Source: Candidatus Brocadia sp. (GTDB lineage: Bacteria; Planctomycetota; Brocadiia; Brocadiales; Brocadiaceae). From it: a DNA stretch of 32,000 nucleotides. The position numbers and the translations under genes are program-made. Where the stretch lies: contig CP091279.1 in NCBI GenBank assembly GCA_021650915.1, positions 3,090,001 to 3,122,000 on the forward strand, written 5' to 3'. Of this stretch, positions 8,278 through 15,070 are shown in pieces (the stretch's first letter is position 1; every line of letters begins with the position of its first letter). Under the pieces are notes generated by a model. That model had not been told where the DNA came from, did no database searches, and worked only from the letters and a program-made list of their open reading frames with translations.

Positions 8278-9444
8278 ATGACAAAAATCTATATGGACAA
8301 TGCTTCGGGTACACCCATTCACCCGAAAGTGGTAGAGGCAATGATGCCATTCTTAAAGGATGGGTTTGGCAATCCTTCTAATTTGCATCAATTTGGAAGG
8401 GCTACCAACGAGGCCCTCCAGGCGGCGAGGGAGCAGGTAGCCCATCTCATCAACGCAAAACCAAAGGAAATTATATTTACATCAAGCGGCACGGAGGCCA
8501 ACAATTTTGCCCTGAAGGGGATATTGGCCGCGCATAAAAAGAAGGGAAACCATATTATCACTTCAGAAATTGAGCATTTTTCAGTATTGAATCCCTTGAA
8601 ATCATTGGAAAAATCAGGATACAGCGTCACGTGCTTGCCGGTAGACAAGTATGGGGTAGTAAATCCGGATGATGTGAAGAAGGCCATTACCCCTACGACG
8701 ACCATGGTGTCCATTATGTATGCTAACGGGGAGATCGGGACGATTGAACCGGTAAAAGAAATCGGGGCTATTACAAAAGAGAAGGGGATTCTGTTCCACA
8801 CGGATGCCGTTGCCGCAACGGGAAATATCCCGGTCGATGTCAGAGGCGTACCGGTCGATGCCCTGAGTATGTCTGCCAATCAATTCAGCGGCCCTTCAGG
8901 GATTGGCGCATTATATGTACGGGAAGGGGTGCGGATACTTCCCTTCATGGAGGGCGGGGTACAGGAGGGGGGCCGCCGGGCAGGGACAGAAAATATCGTT
9001 GGTATTGTGGGTATGGGAAAGGCGGCGGAGCTGGCAAAGGCCGAAATGACTCAGCGTATGGATAAGGTTCAGAACTTGAGAAACCAGCTAAGAGATGGTA
9101 TAGTAAAGAACATGTCTCACGTGTATATCAACGGACATCCGCTGAACCGTCTCCCCGGGAATCTTAGTTTGTGCATAGAGTATATTGAGGGTGAATCGGT
9201 TTTATTGTTTCTTGATATGCAGGGTATTGCGATCTCCAGCGGGTCTGCGTGCACCTCGCGGTCGCTGAAGGCGTCTCACGTCATCACCGCCACGGGGGTT
9301 GACGCGGCGCTTGCTCAGGGTGCCGTGCTTTTCAGCTTAGGCATTGACAATTCCGCGGATGATGTCAACTATATCCTGGAAAAACTACCGCCTACCGTAG
9401 AGCGATTAAGGCAGATGTCACCGCTATATACAAAAGGAAAATAA
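8278..9444 (+). CDS. nifS: NifS/IscS-family (class V aminotransferase fold) cysteine-desulfurase homologue; PLP-binding His-Lys replaced by Asn-Gln
   Basis: Colinear with IscS/NifS: YMDNASGTP, SSGTEANN, TSEIEHFSV, FHTDAVAATG and the catalytic loop SSGSACTS. Where the family has S-x-H-K-x-x-GPKGxG, this protein reads SMSANQFSGPSGIG. The ORF-track start at 8260 is a TTG; I prefer the ATG at 8278. Confidence 0.88.
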   Translation: MTKIYMDNASGTPIHPKVVEAMMPFLKDGFGNPSNLHQFGRATNEALQAAREQVAHLINAKPKEIIFTSSGTEANNFALKGILAAHKKKGNHIITSEIEHFSVLNPLKSLEKSGYSVTCLPVDKYGVVNPDDVKKAITPTTTMVSIMYANGEIGTIEPVKEIGAITKEKGILFHTDAVAATGNIPVDVRGVPVDALSMSANQFSGPSGIGALYVREGVRILPFMEGGVQEGGRRAGTENIVGIVGMGKAAELAKAEMTQRMDKVQNLRNQLRDGIVKNMSHVYINGHPLNRLPGNLSLCIEYIEGESVLLFLDMQGIAISSGSACTSRSLKASHVITATGVDAALAQGAVLFSLGIDNSADDVNYILEKLPPTVERLRQMSPLYTKGK

Positions 9445-9506
9445 AGTCTTTGGTAACAATTTGGTTTTTTGACAAACTCCAATAAAGACGGTGTTTACCA
9501 TACCGT

Positions 9507-9535
9507 GTAGGGGCAGGTTTGAAACCTGTCCCTAC
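9507..9535. repeat. Hairpin GTAGGGGCAGGTTTGAAACCTGTCCCTAC
   Basis: ~13-bp stem with one G.T pair, 63 nt downstream of the nifS stop. No U-tract. Confidence 0.6.
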
Positions 9536-9538
9536 GAG

Positions 9539-9653
9539 ACAATAGTATACAGACATATTAATTACGAATTATATATTGTGGACAATTATAGTTATATAAC
9601 GCTGCAAAACAGCATTTATATGTTTCGTTATTAATATGTCTGTACAATAGTAT
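9539..9653. mobile_element. MITE-like element: 95-bp body with 14-15-bp perfect terminal inverted repeats, flanked by a 10-bp direct repeat
   Basis: ACAATAGTAT (9539-9548) | ACAGACATATTAAT ... ATTAATATGTCTGT (9549-9643) | ACAATAGTAT (9644-9653). The interior is AT-rich and non-coding. Confidence 0.5.
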
Positions 9654-9655
9654 TC

Positions 9656-9886
9656 CTAGCGCAGCACAGCCGCAACCAAATTTCCTTTATGAAAAGGGGG
9701 GGAGATTGCTTCGGAAAAGGCCCTCGCAATGACACCAACCATGCACTTTGATGGTACACTGCACGTTGTCATTGCGAGTGAAGCGAAGCAATCTTTCGCT
9801 CATAAAAAACGGTACCTCCTGAAAAGGGGGTTTGTGAAAAACTTACAAAAAAAAGAAGTTTCTATACAGTAATACTATAGAGAGAA
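9656..9886 (+). repeat. Structured intergenic repeat, copy A (~230 bp; full copy C at 14595-14824, partial copy B at 11067-11185)
   Basis: Near-identical to 14595-14824 in the same orientation. It contains a two-tier hairpin: AGATTGCTTCG (9703-9713) pairs with CGAAGCAATCT (9784-9794), and CTCGCAATGAC (9723-9733) pairs with GTCATTGCGAG (9768-9778). The 3' module is AAGAAGTTTCTATACAGTAATACTATAGA. Confidence 0.85.
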
Positions 9887-9974
9887 TTTTTCAAAAAGCT
9901 AAATTGTCACAGTCTTTGTAATGTCTTTGAATTTTATAAAAGAGACGCGGGGAAAAAAGACGAGGAGTCAGGTC

Positions 9975-10532
9975 ATGGTGCCCGTTATTACAGAAAAGAA
10001 AAAATATACCTATGAGGATTATCTTAAAACTCCTGATGATAAGCGGTATGAACTTATTACTGGAGAACTGCTCATGACACCATCTCCGGTTCCAAAACAT
10101 CAGTCTGTATCTATTGAACTTGCTTTGAGAATTAAACAATTTACTACAATAAATAATCTTGGCAAAGTGTTTTGCGCTCCCTGTGATGTATATTTTGACG
10201 AGGAAAATGTCGTTCAGCCAGATATCCTTTTTATTTCAAAGAACAGACTGAATAGTATTGGTCAAAAGAATATACAGGGCGCACCGGAGCTCATAATCGA
10301 AATAATTTCGGAATATAGTGTTTACCGGGATATGGTGCAAAAAAAGAAATTGTATGCCCGCTTTGGGGTAAAAGAATATTGGATCGTACTTCCTGATGAG
10401 AAAGAGATAGAGGTTTACATCCTGAAGGATACCCTCTATCAGTCTTACCAGACCTATGGCAAGGCCGATACCCTTGAATCGCCTACATTAAAAGGCTTAC
10501 AAATCGTTTTAAAGGAAATATTTTCAGAATAG
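9975..10532 (+). CDS. Uma2-family (DUF820) PD-(D/E)XK putative endonuclease
   Basis: YEDYLKTPDDKRYELITGELLMTPSP..QPDILFISK..APELIIEIISEYS..KKKLYARFGVKEYWIV is the typical Uma2 pattern. AGGAG lies 7 nt before ATG 9975; the ORF-track start at 9921 sits inside repeat-flanking sequence. The stop overlaps the nifU SD. Confidence 0.85.
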   Translation: MVPVITEKKKYTYEDYLKTPDDKRYELITGELLMTPSPVPKHQSVSIELALRIKQFTTINNLGKVFCAPCDVYFDEENVVQPDILFISKNRLNSIGQKNIQGAPELIIEIISEYSVYRDMVQKKKLYARFGVKEYWIVLPDEKEIEVYILKDTLYQSYQTYGKADTLESPTLKGLQIVLKEIFSE

Positions 10533-10541
10533 GAGTTATCT

Positions 10542-10967
10542 ATGCAATACAGCGCAAAGGTTATGGATCATTTTGCAAATCCCCGGAATGTGGGAGAGTT
10601 TTCTGATGCCGATGGTGTTGGGGAAGTTGGAAATCCGGCATGTGGTGACATTATGCGGATGTCTATCAAGGTCAAGGACAACGTCATCGTTGATGTAAAA
10701 TTCAAGACCTTCGGATGCGGCGCTGCCATTGCCACCAGCAGTATTTCGACGGAAATGATTAAGGGAAAGACCCTGGACGAGGCCCTCCAGCTTACCAATA
10801 AGGCAGTGGCAGAGGCGTTGGACGGATTGCCGCCGGCGAAGATGCACTGTTCCGTGCTTGCCGAGGAGGCTATCGAGGCAGCGATTGATGACTATCTTAA
10901 GAAAACGACCGGCAAAGGTCTTGAAAAAAAGAAACAACACGCTCACGATGATCATCATGGACACTAA
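10542..10967 (+). CDS. nifU: IscU/NifU-type Fe-S cluster scaffold protein with His-rich C-terminal tail
   Basis: All cluster ligands are present: NPACGDIM (Cys, Asp), FKTFGCGAAIA (Cys), PAKMHCSVLAEEA (His-Cys). AGGAG lies 6 nt upstream. The tail is KKQHAHDDHHGH. Confidence 0.92.
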   Translation: MQYSAKVMDHFANPRNVGEFSDADGVGEVGNPACGDIMRMSIKVKDNVIVDVKFKTFGCGAAIATSSISTEMIKGKTLDEALQLTNKAVAEALDGLPPAKMHCSVLAEEAIEAAIDDYLKKTTGKGLEKKKQHAHDDHHGH

Positions 10968-10988
10968 ATAGAAGGAATTCCAAAGCTG

Positions 10989-11024
10989 CGGTTGTAAAGC
11001 GACGAGCCTCGTCGCTTTACACCG
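10989..11024. repeat. GC-rich palindromic hairpin element, copy 2 (see 4888-4927)
   Basis: CGGT(t)GTAAAGCGACGAG c CTCGTCGCTTTACACCG followed by GAAAGTCGCCGATGGTC. It has the same core as copy 1, with paired G>A / C>T changes on opposite arms. Confidence 0.7.
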
Positions 11025-11066
11025 TGAAAGTCGCCGATGGTCTTATTGCCTGCTAAGAATTACATA

Positions 11067-11185
11067 ACACAGCACAGCCACAACCAAAAAAGTTCAACCA
11101 CAAAGACGCAAGGTCTTACACAAAGATCACAAAGAAAACATTACAGAAAAAGAAGTTTTTTGTAGAGTAATACTATAGATTAGAA
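11067..11185 (+). repeat. Intergenic repeat, copy B (shares the 5' CACAGCCrCAACCAAA block and the 3' AAGAAGTTT..AGTAATACTATAGA module with copies A and C)
   Basis: ACACAGCACAGCCACAACCAAA ... AAAAGAAGTTTTTTGTAGAGTAATACTATAGATTAGAA. The middle part differs from A and C. It ends ~20 nt before the tusA start. Confidence 0.6.
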
Positions 11186-11205
11186 CGAATATCGAGAGTT
11201 TTCAT

Positions 11206-11436
11206 ATGAAAGCGGACGAAACCCTGGATTGTTATGGACTCATGTGTCCCATGCCCATTTTTAAAACCTCCGTCAAGATGAAGGACGTAGCAATAGGCAA
11301 GGTGCTTGAAGTGATTGCTACGGACGAGGGGATTAAGAAGGATATTGCCTCCTGGTGTAATACCACAGGAAATGAACTCCTGGAAATCTGTGAAGAGGAC
11401 GGGGAGATACATGTTTTCATCAAAAGATTACAATAA
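11206..11436 (+). CDS. tusA: TusA/SirA-family sulfur carrier protein
   Basis: 76 aa. LDCYGLMCPMPIFKT carries the conserved Cys-Pro-x-Pro persulfide site. Size and layout match the family. Confidence 0.85.
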   Translation: MKADETLDCYGLMCPMPIFKTSVKMKDVAIGKVLEVIATDEGIKKDIASWCNTTGNELLEICEEDGEIHVFIKRLQ

Positions 11437-11503
11437 AACCGTCGCCGGAGAAGCGGATGAAAAAATCCGGCATCCATGCCCTGTCGCCGGAAACCGTTGT
11501 GCC

Positions 11504-12319
11504 CTATTCCGCGTCTTTTCCCTTTTTAATGCTTTTGCGGATTAAATTACGCAGCACAAAACTACGCTCTGCGCCGCCGAGAAGTCGCTTGAGATTGTCA
11601 TACAGGGTCGGGTCTGAGACGAGGGCGCCAAGGGTGCCTTCTCCATTGGCAATCTTTTCCGTAATCACATGCATCGTTTCGGTAGTTTTCATTGCATTTT
11701 CCAGGAGTTGTTTGCCCTTCGGATCGTAGATGAGGGCGGACAATAATCCATCTCCTTTTTGCAACGCCTTAACACTTTCGTCCAATGATGCCGTGATGTT
11801 GTTTAATGATTCTGCAAAGCGGCCATCTTCCAACGTTTTCACGATCGTTGAAAAGGACTCAATCATCCGTATACCCCCTTCAATGACGGTTGCGTAGTTG
11901 ATTGGCTCAGCGCTTTTTATTGAATCTCCGTCCTCCACTCCGGGTTCATGCCATTCTTCAGAGGCAATCTCCACATAGGAATCCCCCGTCACATAGCTTA
12001 GCCACTTAATCGTTGCAACAGAATCGCGGTTGATATTCTTCTGCGCCGATTTGTTTATCTTTAGTATTACTTCAATCCCTGTGCCGGGCAATTCTTTAGG
12101 CAAAACGACATCCTTCACCTGTCCTATTCCCACACCCATAAATCGTACCGGAGCCCCTGCCTTCAATCCATATACATTCACAAACGTTGTCTTAAGGATA
12201 ATCTGATGTTCAAAATATCCCTTCTGCGTGCCGAGAATAAACACCATGACGCCGAACCCTGCCAATGTTACCAGCGTAAAGAGCCCTGCCCGTAGTTCCG
12301 CAAATTGTTCCTTTGTCAT
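11504..12319 (-). CDS. mlaD: MlaD/MCE-domain protein (ABC transporter periplasmic component) with extended C-terminal region
   Basis: N-terminal TM anchor LFTLVTLAGFGVMVFILG. MCE domain YGLKAGAPVRFMGVGIGQV. Last gene of the mlaE-mlaF-mlaD arrangement. Confidence 0.8.
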   Translation of the reverse strand: MTKEQFAELRAGLFTLVTLAGFGVMVFILGTQKGYFEHQIILKTTFVNVYGLKAGAPVRFMGVGIGQVKDVVLPKELPGTGIEVILKINKSAQKNINRDSVATIKWLSYVTGDSYVEIASEEWHEPGVEDGDSIKSAEPINYATVIEGGIRMIESFSTIVKTLEDGRFAESLNNITASLDESVKALQKGDGLLSALIYDPKGKQLLENAMKTTETMHVITEKIANGEGTLGALVSDPTLYDNLKRLLGGAERSFVLRNLIRKSIKKGKDAE

Positions 12320-12331
12320 AAAAACCCCCCT

Positions 12332-13075
12332 TTAATCACAGATCGTACCGCTGATAAAATCTTTCACCGTTTGTATTCCGGAAGCTGCCAGCTCTTCCCA
12401 GGTGCCCACCATAACGATCTTTCCTTCGTGAAGCATGGCGATTCTGTCGGAAACCATCCTCACGCAATGCAGATCGTGAGTCACGACAATGGTAGTAACG
12501 CCCAGTTTCCTTTGTAATTCGAGAATCAATTCATTTATCCGTTGGGCGGTCATGGGGTCTAGGCCGGTTGTGGGCTCATCATAGAGGATAATATCGGGTT
12601 CGGTGGCGATTGCCCTTGCCAGCCCGACCCGCTTCTTCATTCCACCGCTTAATTCGGCCGGCATCTTGGATCCAATACCGCTGAGCCCGACGAGCTTTAG
12701 TTTTTCATCCACCCGTTCCTGAATTTCCTTTTCGGTAAGGTGCAGATGCTCCCGGAGCGGATAGGCAATATTTTGCGACACCGTAAGCGAGTCAAACAGG
12801 GCTGCCCCCTGAAACAACAATCCAATATGTTCGCGCAACTGAAACAGCTCGTTCTCTTTCATTTGCGTTACATTTTTGCCAAAGACAATGATATCACCCT
12901 TGTCAGGCCGTATAAGCCCGATCAATTCCTTAAGCATGACGCTCTTCCCGGAACCACTGCCACCCAGGAGGGACATAATTTCACCCTCCAGGATGGACAG
13001 GTTTATTCCATTATGGACCAGAAGTCCATTAAAGGATTTGTAGACATCTTTAAATTCAATAATCACTTTAGACAT
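12332..13075 (-). CDS. mlaF: ABC transporter ATP-binding protein, MlaF-like
   Basis: Walker A GGSGSGKS, signature LSGGMKKR, Walker B IILYDEPTTGLD, H-loop VVTHDL. Confidence 0.9.
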   Translation of the reverse strand: MSKVIIEFKDVYKSFNGLLVHNGINLSILEGEIMSLLGGSGSGKSVMLKELIGLIRPDKGDIIVFGKNVTQMKENELFQLREHIGLLFQGAALFDSLTVSQNIAYPLREHLHLTEKEIQERVDEKLKLVGLSGIGSKMPAELSGGMKKRVGLARAIATEPDIILYDEPTTGLDPMTAQRINELILELQRKLGVTTIVVTHDLHCVRMVSDRIAMLHEGKIVMVGTWEELAASGIQTVKDFISGTICD

Positions 13076-13102
13076 TGGCTGAAACCACAGATTTTACAGA
13101 TT

Positions 13103-13136
13103 GCACAGATTTTCTTGTCACATCTAAAATCTGTGC
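13103..13136. repeat. 11-bp-stem hairpin with adjacent CACAGATTTT direct repeats inside the mlaE-mlaF spacer
   Basis: GCACAGATTTT cttgtcacatct AAAATCTGTGC. CACAGATTTT also occurs at 13086-13095. Confidence 0.6.
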
Positions 13137-13172
13137 GTTCAAAGCTTTTCCATCGGTCTTATGATTACCTTG

Positions 13173-13949
13173 CTAGAACAAAATCAGAAACAATTTTGTC
13201 AGGAAAAAATCTGAAATCAGGATCAGAATCGATATCGTCACAACGGTAACGGTCGTAGAACGCCCCACGCCTGTTGTTCCGCCGGTGGTGCGCAACCCGA
13301 AGTAGCAACCAATCACGGAGACGAGCACTCCAAAGATTACCGTCTTCCCAATGCCACTCAACAAATCTGAAATGGTAATCGTTGTTAATACGGAATCGAT
13401 ATAAAATGTGCGGTCTATCTCAAGCTCATAGAGAGCAACGATCATGCCTCCGAAGATCCCGACGATGTCTGCCGTAACGGTGAGCAGGGGAAGGGTAATC
13501 ATTCCGGCAAGGATCTTTGGGCTCACCAGCTTTTTGACAGGACTCGCCCCCAGGGCACGCATGGCATCGATCTGCTCCGTTACCTGCATAGCGCCGATTT
13601 CTGCAGCAATACCAGACCCCACCCTTGCGCCCACCATGATGGAGGCCATGACCGGTCCCAGTTCCCTGACAAGAGACAAGGAAACCACGCTGCCAACGTA
13701 TATCTCTGCACCGTACATACGGAGTCCATAAATCGTCTGAAGGGCCATTACCATCCCGGTAAAGAGCGCAATGAGATCAACCAAAAAAAGCGACCCTGCC
13801 CCAAAATTGTCTATTTCCCGGAGGACGAGCTTCAGGTTGAACGGCGGTATAAAAATCCCCGCAAAACCCTTTGCCGCCAATAAGGACATCTGGCCCACCA
13901 AAAGGATCCCTTTTTTACCAGCAGCGTCAATGGATAATAAAATACGCAT
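13173..13949 (-). CDS. mlaE: ABC transporter permease, MlaE-like
   Basis: 258 aa, polytopic. LVRELGPVMASIMVGARVGSGIAAEIGAMQVTEQIDAMRALG is the conserved MlaE/Ttg2B core. Confidence 0.88.
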   Translation of the reverse strand: MRILLSIDAAGKKGILLVGQMSLLAAKGFAGIFIPPFNLKLVLREIDNFGAGSLFLVDLIALFTGMVMALQTIYGLRMYGAEIYVGSVVSLSLVRELGPVMASIMVGARVGSGIAAEIGAMQVTEQIDAMRALGASPVKKLVSPKILAGMITLPLLTVTADIVGIFGGMIVALYELEIDRTFYIDSVLTTITISDLLSGIGKTVIFGVLVSVIGCYFGLRTTGGTTGVGRSTTVTVVTISILILISDFFLTKLFLILF

Positions 13950-14065
13950 ACGTAATTCCCGCAGTTCTGAATAAACACCTTGTCCGTGCCTATTATTTGT
14001 AGACTAATTTGGAAATTATTTTCATCTCACCACAAATCACCGCAAAACGGAATGACTACAAAACC

Positions 14066-14590
14066 TTAGTCCTTGATGTAATGAAAAGACCGTACCATAT
14101 CTTCAAAATCAGCCTGAATCTGATTGAATGAACCGGATGGCGCCCAGCATACCAAGTCGTAAACCTTATCTCCTATCCTGACGATATACGAATCGATCGT
14201 CAATCGGCAATCATCCATTTCTCCCGCTAAAATCATGTGAAGTGCATCCTGATTATCTATCAGCACAGGGTTCTTCGATATGATTTTCTTACCGGTAATT
14301 CCCAAAACAAGGAGTTGTCCGAGCATTTCCATCGAAAATCCTTTATTTTCTACATCGCTTGAGATAATGGCGATCACGGCCTTATATTGTTTATGCCATA
14401 ATGCGATATCTGCTTTATCTGCTGGAACGGGTTCCCAGCCATACTCAGTCCCTGGTATCTTTATTAGATAATTTTTGTCTTGCGGAGAAAAGATACCCTC
14501 TTTGATTTTTATGGTAGCACAACCAGGGACACAGAGAAAAGGTATTATGCTTAAGCAGAAAATTGCTTTTTTTAATGAACTAAAAGACAT
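14066..14590 (-). CDS. Hypothetical lipoprotein, first gene of the mla transcription unit
   Basis: The internal Met at 14590 gives MSFSSLKKAIFCLSIIPFLCVPGC, a signal peptide plus lipobox (VPG-C). The ORF-track extension to 14740 is read out of intergenic repeat copy C (RLLRFTRNDN..), so I discard it. Confidence 0.7.
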   Translation of the reverse strand: MSFSSLKKAIFCLSIIPFLCVPGCATIKIKEGIFSPQDKNYLIKIPGTEYGWEPVPADKADIALWHKQYKAVIAIISSDVENKGFSMEMLGQLLVLGITGKKIISKNPVLIDNQDALHMILAGEMDDCRLTIDSYIVRIGDKVYDLVCWAPSGSFNQIQADFEDMVRSFHYIKD

Positions 14591-14594
14591 AGAC

Positions 14595-14824
14595 CTAGCG
14601 CGGCACAGCCGCAACCAAATTTCCTTTATGAAAGCGGGGAGATTGCTTCGGAAAAGGCCCTCGCAATGACAGCGACCATGCACTTTGATGGCACACTGCA
14701 CGTTGTCATTGCGAGTGAAGCGAAGCAATCTTTCACTCATAAAAAACGGTACCTCTTGAAAAGGGTTTATGAAAAAACTTACAAAAAAAAAGAAGTTTTT
14801 ATACAGTAATACTATATATGAGAA
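14595..14824 (+). repeat. Structured intergenic repeat, copy C
   Basis: Aligns end to end with 9656-9886, with scattered substitutions and small indels. It has the same two-tier hairpin and the same 3' module, AAGAAGTTTTTATACAGTAATACTATATA. Confidence 0.85.
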
Positions 14825-15032
14825 TTCGTTGAGTCCTTTGCGGTAAAGCCATAATACGATTCACCCTCTTTGTTCCCCTTGAAATGGACAATGGTTAGGA
14901 AAAAAGTCGTGCGTCCGCTTTGCTAAAGAAGGATATAAAGGCTTATATCCATAATATTTTATTCTGTCAAGTTTTTTCCTAAAAGAAAGATTGTTGCCGT
15001 GTAAGTTATACCCCAGTTTTCATGAACAATGC

Positions 15033-15061
15033 TTGACATATTGCCGCTGTTTCTTTAACAT
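15033..15061 (+). promoter_or_regulatory. Candidate sigma70-type promoter for moeA-lnt
   Basis: TTGACA (15033-15038), 17-nt spacer, TAACAT (15056-15061). The predicted start is only a few nt before ATG 15071, and there is no SD upstream of moeA. Confidence 0.4.
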
Positions 15062-15070
15062 AAACAAACT

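Noticed and set aside
10938-10967. His-rich tail (HAHDDHHGH) of NifU as a separate metal-binding feature
   Set aside because: It is real in the sequence but short. Such tails are common and non-specific, so I noted it in the feature evidence only.
11437-11503. Bidirectional terminator between convergent tusA and mlaD
   Set aside because: Only weak 5-6-bp stems (CCGGA/TCCGG, CGGAT/ATCCG) are present, with no U-tract on either strand.
14591-14740. N-terminal 50 codons of ORF 14066..14740 (MSERLLRFTRNDN...)
   Set aside because: This stretch is a translation of intergenic repeat copy C, and the same sequence occurs non-coding at 9656-9886. The internal Met at 14590 starts a textbook lipoprotein signal peptide.
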